A stretch of DNA of 63,637 nucleotides, the filler included, from Rhabdomonas costata (lineage: Eukaryota), in the NCBI GenBank assembly GCA_019059605.1. It is 39 parts of 39 records of this genome, joined end to end, with 100 filler letters (N's around TTAATTAATTAA, not from the genome) between each part and the next. Parts side by side here need not be neighbours in the genome. Positions count along the whole stretch, not along the records: positions 1 to 1,537 come from JAHMHO010013589.1; positions 1,638 to 3,170 come from JAHMHO010013590.1; positions 3,271 to 4,804 come from JAHMHO010013591.1; positions 4,905 to 6,438 come from JAHMHO010013592.1; positions 6,539 to 8,072 come from JAHMHO010013593.1; positions 8,173 to 9,706 come from JAHMHO010013594.1; positions 9,807 to 11,340 come from JAHMHO010013595.1; 32 more parts are not named here. One strand, given 5' to 3'. Below the pieces are notes generated by a model. That model saw only the letters and a list, made by a program, of their open reading frames with translations. It was not told the DNA's origin and did not search any database. The position numbers were made by a program, and so were the translations under genes. Positions 1-10,470 of this stretch are shown here, one piece after another; the first letter of the stretch is position 1, and every line of letters starts with the position of its first letter.

Positions 1-120
1 ACTAGAAGTAGTTTGCGGGGCGTGCGTTTCCTCGTTTCAACTTCTGTGGACATGAGTGTGCACAGGTCTTTGTCTGCCCAAATACGCTTTGATGCTGCAA
101 AGTGAGCACAAACAAAAGAC

Positions 121-159
121 AAGTTGAAGCAGGTCTGGGGGTCTTTTGTATATACAGCA
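121..159 (+). repeat. Copy of a ~45-bp dispersed repeat; other copies at 6121-6158 (-), 9292-9337, 16762-16803 and 16944-16985
   Basis: Shared consensus GAGGGCTAAGCCGAAGCAGGCCTGGGGTCTTTTTGTATATACAGC, aligned by eye across four contigs. Confidence 0.75.
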
Positions 160-444
160 GGATTTTCGGGAATCTCGGATCCTCCGAGCTTTCTATTGAC
201 TCTGAATAATAACATTTTGTGCGGTGCCTGCCATACATGAATTGCGCATTGTATTCTTCATTCCTTCACTGAAGTAGGCCAGGAAGGAATCTGGAGAAGC
301 ATGGTGGGTGGCGCCTTGTACCTTAACCCCCTTCTCTCGCTTGCTCTCCCGGCCTCCGGGGGCTTTTCATTCTAGCGGAGCTGCTGTCGTGTGTTGGGCG
401 CATTGCGCGCTGGCTGTTGCCTGGTGGACTGGTTGACTGCTGTC

Positions 445-471
445 GTGTGTGTGTGTGTGTGTGTGTGTGTG
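445..471. repeat. (GT)n microsatellite; others at 580-597, 15420-15438, 34410-34435 and 53151-53187
   Basis: Dinucleotide runs visible directly. Confidence 0.95.
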
Positions 472-615
472 CAGCAGGTTCTGGAGCAATGGTATTGTCT
501 TCTGGGAGGTTTATGGAGAAAGGGGAGGAAGCCTAGGCCATTCCATGGGATGGATCACTTCCCCAGAGGGACTTTACTTACACACACACACACACACCGC
601 CTCTCCACCCCATAC

Positions 616-770
616 CATTTTCGACAGGGCACCACGGGCCTCTTTCAAGACGTCCTCGGATTTGCCTAGCAGGCTGAGTGCCCGCGTCACCTGCACGGCC
701 CGGGCCAACGCTGGCCCACTGAGAGTGAAATTCGGTGAGCTCACCACGCTGAGCAGGCATTGCACCACCG
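616..770 (-). CDS. Internal exon of a hypothetical protein (VVQCLLSVVSSPNF...ARGALSKM)
   Basis: Polypyrimidine tract plus ttgcag acceptor, gtatgg donor, open GC-rich frame. Confidence 0.45.
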
Positions 771-2048
771 CTGCAAGAGAAAGCAGAGAGAAGGCTGGAG
801 AGACTGGGATTGTCGACAGGTCAAAAAAAATTTCAGTTGCTGATGATATGACCCGCGTCATCTCAAAGTAAGACATGACAGTGGAAGGTCAAAAACAGTT
901 TAGAAAACACAGCCGATACGCACCCGTACGGAACCCAGTTTTTTCACCACCCTGATTTAGCGCACACTTTTCTGAGCTGTGACGCAATGGGGCGACATGG
1001 ACAGTATTAAAGAATCTGTTCATACAACATCCCAGAGAGCCATGAGACGTGCCAGCGTCCGAACTGACTCCTCATCATCGCACAAAGGTAACAAAGGTTA
1101 CAGCTTGACAGTCAATGCTGCATCACCACACGCAGAAACGGAGGGCGTGCGCTTGGGAAAGGTGCCTTTCTGAATCTCCGTCGCTGCAGTGCCGTAGAGC
1201 CCACACACCGACTCCACCAGCAAATTCAAAGCAGAAATGTGCTGCGCGAGACAACAGAAGCGAAACGAGTCCCTGCTCTGCTCCCGGTGTGCTGCTAACC
1301 AGAAGAAGTACACTGAAGCTCTTTACAGTTATGGCTTGTTTCGCGGAGATTCCCATGAGGTCTGGGTGAGCTGCAAAACAGGAATTGGGGTTGAAGTTTG
1401 CTCTGAAACCAATGCCCTACCGAACTTTCATTCAAGACTCTTGGAAAAACCTACTGAATAAATCAGAGGGAAGCAAACGTCACTCAGAGGAGAAATTGCA
1501 CTGTTGACAATGAATATGGGAGGGTGTTCATCGACAGNNNNNNNNNNNNNNNNNNNNNNNNNNNNNNNNNNNNNNNNNNNNTTAATTAATTAANNNNNNN
1601 NNNNNNNNNNNNNNNNNNNNNNNNNNNNNNNNNNNNNGTGGTGGGTGTGTTTGGGTGTGGTGGTCATTTAAGTCGGATTCTGCCCGTCACTTTATCGCTT
1701 ATTTCCAAAGTTCATGGTTCAGAAGCAGAGTAGTGCGGGGAACCCAAGATTCAAGGCCAAGGTGGCCGACAAGGAGGAGTGTTGAAGGAAAGACTATTAC
1801 TGGAAAACAACCTGCTGACATTAGCCTCCGCACTGGCCTCTATGCAGCCCAATTTATATGTACTCCGCAAACTCGCTTTTGCCCTGCGTTCCCGTCTGGG
1901 ATAGTTTAGGATTTAAGAATGGTCAGATGAGTCAGATGCAGTTCTTTGGGACGTACTCGTTGGTCAAGTTTGGTTGATGTGTGGAGGTGAACGCTGGTCT
2001 GGGCGTCAGCAGCCAGATGGGACTTTGCCAACCTTTGTCTTCTTCCAG

Positions 2049-2949
2049 GAAGTCACCACATGCTGGAGTACAACCCGGTACACCAGACCTGGCTCACCCT
2101 GCAGCCCAGCCGGGGCCGGGTCTTTTCTGGGGGAACTCTGCGGCCCACCCTTCTGGACGACATCTGGGAGTTCGACATGAACGGTGAGCCGCGCCAACTC
2201 ACAGCACATCCATTGATCATCTACCATCGTTTAGGGCTGATTTGGTTTTCCGCTAGAAGGATGTTCCTGCTGTTTTCTCTGGCTTCTCTTCAAGGAATAC
2301 TGGAGATTCTGTGGACTCGAGGTCGGGTTGTGCGTTTGTATTCACCGATACGTGTTCGATTCGATACACGTGGGTTTGGGTTAAAGTTGGGTTAAAGTTG
2401 GTGATTCATTAATTCAGGTGCTACTGATTCCCTCCCTGTGGATATTTTTTGTGGAACGGTGTTGCTGGAAACAGCCCCACCTTTCAAGAGCTGGTGTGAA
2501 GCAGATGCTATCGAATGGAATCGTCCGCCAGTGTTGTGTATTGCACATTGCCCCGCTTCCCCCTCCCTTCATTTTTCGTCAGTCGCCTTATGTGCGGACA
2601 TCTTCTCATTCGATGATAAAGGGATTTCCCCCCCACCCCGCCAAAATGGAATCCATAAAAAGCCTTTTGCAAATGACGCAGGCGCGAGAATCTTTTCAAC
2701 TGTTTCCCCTTCACCGGTCTTCACCACATCAGGAGATGTGGTGTGGAAGTGGTACAGCCGGGCCCATCTTCCGGCCTTCACGCGGTTGCCGCGGAACCTG
2801 GGCAACCGCAACCCCTACACGGAATTCATGCACGCCAACACCCTGCACTACGATGTCCACGAACAAGTCCTGTACCTCAATGCCCGCCACATGGACTCCT
2901 TCTGGAAAATTGACCGCCGCACCGGAGCTGTGCTCTACGGAGTTGGGCG
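2049..2949 (+). CDS. Arylsulfotransferase (ASST)-family protein, two internal exons 2049-2183 and 2733-2949
   Basis: Spliced peptide SHHMLEYNP...IWEFDMNG|DVVWKW...EFMHANTLHYD...LYLNARHMDSFWKIDRRTGAVLYGVG matches the ASST HH, HxN and RH..KID..TG motifs. GT-AG phases are consistent. Confidence 0.75.
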
Positions 2950-3006
2950 GTGTGGCTTTGCTACACCCCCCCCCCTACACACACAAACAGTTATCCTACC
3001 ACCAAC

Positions 3007-3165
3007 ATCGACAGTACTCGCAGATGCACCAGGGCAAGGAGTCAGTGAGACAACTCCGAGGTACAGGAGGTTCAGCGAAAGTGGCGAGGTGTAGCCCCCA
3101 GCGCAGCTATAGTGATGTGCTGGCACGGCCACGCCCTTTGATACCGGTGCTGCCCGTTCACCCAC
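3007..3165 (+). mobile_element. Fragment of a multicopy CCCH-zinc-finger element inside an intron (homologous to 60814-60960)
   Basis: About 125 bp align with contig 38. It encodes a decayed VMCWHGHA(L*)YRCCPFTH. Confidence 0.65.
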
Positions 3166-4574
3166 ACACCNNNNNNNNNNNNNNNNNNNNNNNNNNNNNN
3201 NNNNNNNNNNNNNNTTAATTAATTAANNNNNNNNNNNNNNNNNNNNNNNNNNNNNNNNNNNNNNNNNNNNGGTTTTTGTGCCGTGCATTGGGGCCGCTTA
3301 AGCTTGATACATTGCTAACAGTTAATTGTCTGCATTTTTGGGTATGCACCAGCTCTGCGACGCTTCTCATTATGATGATCCGGTTCACCACCCCCGAAGC
3401 AGGTGGAGTGGCCGCTGTATGGTTCGCACAGTTTGACTCACAGAAACCCGTGGCGGGCAGAAAGCTCTGAAGGTAGCTTTGAGACAAAGTTGAGGATGTC
3501 CGAGTTGACATCACTGTGGCCTGGCTGCAACAAATAATGATCTTTTATGCTTGTTTCTCTTCGAAAGTGACATTTTGGACTGGACTGAGAGTGATGTTGC
3601 ACGAATTTCCCGTTTGTTTTTTGTTGCATTGCCAAAGACATGTGCAGTTACCAGTCCTCGAAAAAAGTCCTTTGGGTATTATGAAGCCCGGGGGAAGCAG
3701 TTTGTAAGGAAAATGGGCCTGGATTTTTCTGTCAATTGCAAACCTTTGCGTATACTCAGCTTCGGCAACAGATATTAGTTGGAGCAGAAACAACAAACAA
3801 TGGTTCCCTAAAATACTGGATGATTTGATAAAGGTTCCTTCCTGTCTTTGATAATTTCTTTGATAAAACCGAGCTTTCTCGCTTGTTTTGACTTTGTGAG
3901 CATTGATTTCTCTAAAGCTGCTCTCTTTTGCAAAACTAGTGCAATGTTGGTGTGGCTTTCATTTTTCCTTTAAACCATTTTTATTTTGCCCTTCTTCCTT
4001 TGCGTTCTCTTTTATAATCGGATGACTTCCGTGTCACGGGAAGGCCTGCAGCTACGAGAGGCACTGGCTATCCTCCGCCGTGGGCGAAACGTGGACTCAG
4101 AAGGCACAAAGGAGTCCTCCCCTAAGGTTGTGGTGTCTGTCTGACTTGAAGCCAACTTCAGTCGCATCCCCGCCCCTTCCTGCTTCCCCCGGCATTCCCT
4201 CACCCTCGTCCGCGAGCCATATAGACAGATGATTAGACTGTTATGTATGTACAGCGTGTACTCACTTTATTTGCACCAAAGCTGCTGATAGCATCATTAG
4301 AGTTGGATTGAGGCACTGGACTCAGGCGGTGCACCCAAAGCCCTGTCACTGACGAAGTACCCCCTGACGGGAAGGAAGGAAGGAAGGAATGTTGCTGTTT
4401 ATGAGCTTCTTGCAATTTAGAAATGTGTTGTCCGTTTCACAAACAAAGGTGAGAACTGTTCATGAAACGAGAGGCCTGCCCCCCCCCCAAGACCCCAAGA
4501 GGCATCCCTCGTCGGGTCCACACAATTTCTCAAGTGCGGGGATGCCATATTTGTGCTCCTCTTTCGAGGCTCAG

Positions 4575-4696
4575 GTGGACACCCGCCCTGGTGGAGCCTC
4601 TACAGAGTCGGCGAAGGCCTTCAACGAGTTGTTCGCCCCCATCCACGGGCTGCAGGCCGTGGCGCTCTCCACCGACGTGGATGACTTCGTAGACCG
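4575..4696 (+). CDS. Putative internal exon of a hypothetical protein (VDTRPGGASTESAKAFNELFAPIHGLQAVALSTDVDDFVDR)
   Basis: cag acceptor, gtgctt donor, GC3-rich codons. Confidence 0.4.
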
Positions 4697-4906
4697 GTGC
4701 TTCGCCGGATGGGATAGGCTGAAAATCAGGCGACGAAAAAAAGACCAGGACCACTACCTACCCCTTCGTGCCCAACGTGCATGAACCTGTCTTCAAAACC
4801 AACCNNNNNNNNNNNNNNNNNNNNNNNNNNNNNNNNNNNNNNNNNNNNTTAATTAATTAANNNNNNNNNNNNNNNNNNNNNNNNNNNNNNNNNNNNNNNN
4901 NNNNGG

Positions 4907-5098
4907 GGGGGAAGGTAACGATTACCACCGGTAACAGAAAACCACATCCAGGGATTACTGGAAAAAGATACCTGACCCCTTACACTAAAATAAAGGCATT
5001 TCAAGGGTGCTGGCGAGCTTTAATTAACCCTTTTCAGTAAATTTAGCAAAATCCTTTATCCAGTTTTCTGTTACCGGTGGTAATCGTTACCTTCCCCC
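4907..5098. mobile_element. MITE-like element of 192 bp with perfect 36-bp terminal inverted repeats
   Basis: GGGGGAAGGTAACGATTACCACCGGTAACAGAAAAC at 4907-4942 and its reverse complement at 5063-5098, around an AT-rich non-coding core. Confidence 0.75.
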
Positions 5099-6538
5099 TC
5101 CCCTGTCAACTTCCACTGGGTCTGAGCGCCCTGCAAGGATGAAACTATCTCAATTGGAAAGCTGGGGAAGCAGTTCAATGGTTCAACCTTTGGATATGTA
5201 TCGTTTTGATAAAGAAGCAAGAAAAAACATCGACGGCTTGAACCATTTTTCGCTCGCGGGGGGGTCTTGGCAGCTTGACACCAATATCCTCATCCTGTAC
5301 CGCTCAAGTTTGCACACACACATACACACATACAAACACACACACCCTGTGACTTGCTCTGCACAATAAAGCCCGAACAAGTCCCCTCCTAGGCTTGGCG
5401 ACTTGTACGTGCGAACAAGTCGCCAAGCTGATTTCCCCGAGGAACCATCCGAACTCAGTGTCACACCCAGCTTGTCCTCTTTGCATCCAGATGCCCGCCA
5501 AAACCCCAAAGCAACTACAGCAGTGCACATACTCCAACATTCCAAAACGAAAACCAACACCAATGGTTTTCTTGTTTGACTTAGGGACAGTTGTGTCTGT
5601 TTGTTAGCGTTTGTGACAACCTGCAGAGAGGAAGGCATGTCGTCCAAGTGCACTGAGCCTTGGAAGATTAACAACTTTTTAATGCTGAGCCGGACCAAGG
5701 GGATGCCTTGTAGCGCTGTGAAGTCTGGCGCCCCTCCAAGCAAAGCCAGCGAAGACTGAGAGGTAGTAGTGAGGTGTGCTGTGGTGACTCGGAGGAAGCA
5801 GGTGGAGAGGTCCAGGTCGAGGCTCACTGGAGTGGGACCACGCCCACACCGGATGCCAAGCCACTGCTGCAGGCACGGGTACCTTTAATATTGGGATGTT
5901 AGAAGTAAGGTTTAAGAAAGCTTGACGTGAGCATGAGGTGACAGTGATGCAGTGATACAATGATTTTTATGGGCTGCAGGCGATCAAGAGCCAGTTGCCG
6001 AGCCCCTTTCGGCGAGGATGTTATTTGTAAAGTCCGTTGTAGGTGCAGCGTAAACCCTCGCTGAGTGGGGCAAGAAGCGGCGCAAAAGCGATGCGCAAGA
6101 GGTGTGACCAAAGACACAAAGACAGAAAGGACCTCATGCTGGCTTGGGCTTAGCCCTCCTTGTGTACTTTCCGCACGGATGCCCTTTTTTTGTTGCTAGG
6201 ACCTGTGCATGACTGCCATCAGACCGGCTCCATTAGTCCCCTTGGTTTTTATTCCCCCCCAACATCAGTGCCGCCCGCGTCACACTCGCCACACATCGCA
6301 CGGATCCCCATTGAAGCTTTCATCCAGCATCCAGCGCACACACCAGTTTTTGCTGAAGTCCCCCTCCAGGTAACTCCTTACCCTTACACACCCTCCCGCA
6401 GTGTGCTTTCCCGCACCTTGAGTACTCCACAAAACCCCNNNNNNNNNNNNNNNNNNNNNNNNNNNNNNNNNNNNNNNNNNNNTTAATTAATTAANNNNNN
6501 NNNNNNNNNNNNNNNNNNNNNNNNNNNNNNNNNNNNNN

Positions 6539-7142
6539 GGGGGTGGGTCCGTGGTGTGTGCTGCGGCACTGGACCGGGGTACGGGTGCTAGAGCTAAGTC
6601 TCCCCCCCTTCCTGGGGCCCATGGTGGACATGCTGGCGATTGTGCAGGACCTCGCCGCAATGCCTGCGCTCACGGACCTCTCACTCAGCTGTGAGGGATG
6701 TGGGCTGTCTCCGGAAGACTTGAGAATGCTGCTCCTGCTGAGCCGCCGCCCGGCGCCCCTGCCCGCCCTACTCAGGGTGCAGATCTCACTGACCCAGGGG
6801 CAGCTGGGGGACCCCGCCGCGGAGGCGCTGTGCCGCCTCACCGGGATCCCTGTGTTGACCTTCGACCTAAGCGGAAACGCCGCGGTCTCGGCGAAGGCTG
6901 TGGCCGCACTGCTGCAGCTGCAGCTAGAGTGTACGATGCTGCGGAGGCTGAGCATGGACCTTTGCGGCACGGGGGTCCTGGCTCAGGAGCTTGCGGGCGC
7001 CCTGGGGGCGTGGATGGAGTGCTGCCTGCTCTCCCGTGAGGAAAGGACGGTGTGGATGAAGGTGGGACCGGGGGTATTGCAAGAGCTGCCTCCGGGAATG
7101 GTGGAGGCATTACAGGGGTACAGAATGTTCGTTGGGGACTAG
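6539..7142 (+). CDS. C-terminal part of an RNI-like leucine-rich-repeat protein (5' truncated)
   Basis: Uninterrupted ORF with LxxLxLxxxxxGL, LGDxAAxAL, LDLSGN and LxxLxxDLxGT repeats. Confidence 0.65.
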
Positions 7143-7685
7143 TGAAGAGCTTCCTCGCTGCTCCTGTGATTGCGGCCGAGGAAATTACCATCCATGTTCT
7201 TTTCTCTGCAGGTATTGTGTGAATGAATCTGGACACAGTCCTGGAATAGAATGCCCGTCGAGGATCTGTTCCTGCGCAGTAGGGGTGCTGCTTCTGGTTG
7301 AGCGATGCTTGGCCCTGTTTGGAGTTCTCTCTGTGTTGTCATGTGCCCAGGGATAATGGGTAGGTGGGTGGGTGGTCGTGATGGGGGTGGCAGTTATTCG
7401 AGCAGGAAGCCCATCGCAACGGAACTCAGGTTGCTTTGCCAGCATCGTTTGAGCGGAAAATACTTTCCTTCCCACCCCATTCACCCAGATTGCGTACTTA
7501 CTTCTTCATTTCTTTCTTGTCTTGTCAATTGGCTTCCTCGGGACTGAACTGTACTTTCGTGTGCAGGGTTGTTTGCTTTTTCTGTAATGCGGATTGGAAT
7601 CAGTTTTGCCTGAATCTCTTTCCTTGCTCCAATTCCAATACTTGGGCTGGGTCCACACGGGAGACACACGACACGAGCTGTACCT

Positions 7686-8072
7686 ACCGCCCTGGCTAGC
7701 CGCCCTTACGCCCTTACGCTGCTGCTGTTGCTGACTGTGTCTGTCAGGTCAGTCCTTCAGTTGGTCAGACTTTGGGTCTGAGGAAGAATCGCAATGAAAG
7801 ACGCAGGCAAGGACCTGGCACGCTTGCGGTTCCCCTTCTAAATGTGAATGCCGCGCCCGCGTCCAGTGAAATGACCTCCTTTTCTGCTCTTACCGTCTTC
7901 ACACTGGTAGCCGCCGCTTTTCTTTTTTCTTCCAAGAAGCAAACAATGGCGATGGTGCTTGAAGTGCGATTTTTCCTCAGACCCAAAGTCTGACCAACTG
8001 AAGGACTGACCTGACAGACACAGTCAGCAACAGCAGCAGCGTAAGGGCGTAAGGGCGGCTAGCCAGGGCGGT
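7686..8072. repeat. Long inverted repeat: 108-bp arms (7686-7793 and 7965-8072) around a 171-bp spacer
   Basis: Arms are reverse complements with one mismatch; the right arm ends at the contig end. Confidence 0.9.
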
Positions 8073-8172
8073 NNNNNNNNNNNNNNNNNNNNNNNNNNNN
8101 NNNNNNNNNNNNNNNNTTAATTAATTAANNNNNNNNNNNNNNNNNNNNNNNNNNNNNNNNNNNNNNNNNNNN

Positions 8173-9142
8173 GGGGTGGTGGTGTGGGCACCAGCCCCAC
8201 GGTGACCTACCTGGTGGACTCCGCGGAGATTGTCGGGGCGCTGGCACCGCTGGTGGGCTCGCAGATCACCCCAGAGATCGGGGAGTGGCGGCTGTGGAAC
8301 ACCGAGGTCTTCATGAGATACGTCGTGCTCAGCATCAACCTCTCTATTGGGTTGACGCCACCTTTTCTTTTCCAAACCTACGTCCACGCCCGTGCCCATC
8401 TTGCTTTCCTGCCCATGCTATGCTGTTCCGTGGGAAGGGCACTTGACATGCATTCAACATCAGGAAGCGACCGATGCAGTCCATATGTTTTCCTCGGCAC
8501 ACGCGCGCGAAAAGAATATAGCTTCTCTGTTTGAAGGTGATTCAATTCCGATTCCGATTCGATTCCTCATCTCCAACTTTCATGCCCCGCCCACCCTACG
8601 CATTTGCACAGTCTTTTTTTTGTATTTCGTCTTCGTTCCTTCTGAAAAATCCAGCCAACACGCCGCAATCGAATCCGAGGGTGATCAAATGCAGACCCGC
8701 CGTGGCGCACCCCTGCACTCCTACGGCGTTTTTAACAGGTCCTCACGTAAACACCCCAAGTGCACGCCTCATCACGCACAGATGGAAACGATTAGCTATC
8801 AGTGTATCGATAAGTGAGTTGGAAGGTAACGGCAAATTACAACCAGCCTTCATCACAACAAATCCAAAGTGCAGAAAACGCGGCGGAAAAGGACAGAGAC
8901 CTATGCACAGAATCACGAAGTGCAAATTGAGAAATGGTCGCGTGAAGTGTTCCAAACTGCCCTTCCTTTTCTGTCTCCAGGGACGCCATGGAGAACTACC
9001 GGTACATCCAGTCCCGGGACAAGCTCAGCTGGAAGCTCAAGATGAAGTACCTCACCGCTGGGGTGGCGATGTTCCTGGCCGCCCACGTCACTGTGAAGAA
9101 GAACCTCGTGAAGCGCCTGGGTCGACCCTTGGGCGACGTGCG
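8173..9142 (+). CDS. Prostaglandin E synthase 2-like (glutaredoxin/GST fold) protein, exons 8173-8350 and 8981-9142, partial
   Basis: Spliced LVDSAEIV..L...EWRLWNTEVFMRYVVLSINLSIG|DAMENYRYI...KYLTAGVAMFLAA..KKNL..DVR resembles the mPGES-2 pattern DS..I, WRxW, A..sF.YI, GAxAM. Confidence 0.55.
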
Positions 9143-10188
9143 GTGTGCCCTGTTCTCCTTCTGCATACCGTTTCTGTGTTTCACAAGGAGCAGTCTTTCT
9201 AGGGGCCAGTATCCGTCATCAGATGATATTTTAAAATGCTACTAGTAAATTGTACGATTATGGCGCGGCAAAGCAATTCGCAACCAAAGGAGAGGGCTAA
9301 GCCGAGGCAGGCCTGGGGTCTTTTTGTATATACAGCAACTAGTAATTTACCCAAGCATCCATCTATTCACAAAGGGTGACAGTAACACTTCAAAGCATGT
9401 AAAGCAGCCATGCTCGCATAGTTCGATACAAACCACTCTGAGTGAAATCCTGGTTTTCCTTCTCTCCCCCCACCTACGCATTTACAAACCTCATGATGGT
9501 GGAGTTCGCGTACTCTACCAAAAGAAGAATGCAAACAGATAAACGCGAGAAAGCCCCAATAGTTTTTCGCGGATACATTTCTATGAAATGTCACAGGTTT
9601 ATTCCTCTTATAACCTCTGGATTTGCGTCTCTCCCTTGTCCCTTCTTCTTCTCACCCTGCTTCACCGGCACTCACCCCCACCCCCCACCCCAAACACACC
9701 CACCACNNNNNNNNNNNNNNNNNNNNNNNNNNNNNNNNNNNNNNNNNNNNTTAATTAATTAANNNNNNNNNNNNNNNNNNNNNNNNNNNNNNNNNNNNNN
9801 NNNNNNTTTGTGTGAGCAGTTTTCCGGTGGGATCTGAACTCCAAAAAGATGTCCAGTTGCAGGGCGGTGTCCAAACCTCATAATGGGTGATGTGAAGTTA
9901 TCTTCGATACTCAAGGTTAAGGGTTCAGTGCGGCTGCTTTAACCTTGCGGGGGGTCTTCCCTATTCCCTATAACCCGTCTCATTCTCGCATTCACCCAAT
10001 AACTCGTTCACTTCACATCCAATTGTTTGTCCCGTGCGCGAGTGAGAACAAAAGGCAAAACAGCGTACTTAGCAAAACACAAAAACCTGCACACGACAGC
10101 AAATCTGTGTACCTGCTTGTGCTCGGCACGTTCGTCTTTATTCTCCTTCCTTTCATGCTCACCACTTGCGCGCAATCTCCAAACGCAG

Positions 10189-10470
10189 TGGCGGTGTGCG
10201 ATGTCCTCGTGAACATCCCCTCTGTCGTGAGCTGGAGTGGGGTTTATCGCGTCACCGGAACTTTCGCGGCCCATCCCCTCTACACCTCCGACATCCGGGT
10301 GACCTCAGTGGTGGTCAACCTGTTCTTCTTGCCGGGTGCGGGGTGGACGCTCAGCGCTGTGTACGGCTCGGCCAGCCGGGTCGTGAACTCGCAGGACGTG
10401 CCCACGGCGGACCAGATCACCGTGCCGTGGGCTGGGGTGCCCGGGTCCACGGTCACCATCACCTGTGTCG
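10189..10470 (+). CDS. Internal exon encoding a beta-rich, probably extracellular domain of unknown function
   Basis: cgcag acceptor, gtgcgt donor, GC3-rich frame with SGVYRVTG..HPLY..GWTL and flanking cysteines. Confidence 0.45.

Noticed and set aside
964..980. ACACTTTTCTGAGCTGT resembling the start of the Euglena spliced leader
   Set aside because: Short imperfect match with no T-rich 3' half or GT donor; probably chance.
1582..1593. Regularly spaced TTAATTAATTAA palindromes as a CRISPR-like array or biological repeat
   Set aside because: Each is embedded in fixed N44 blocks; this is a synthetic six-frame-stop linker.
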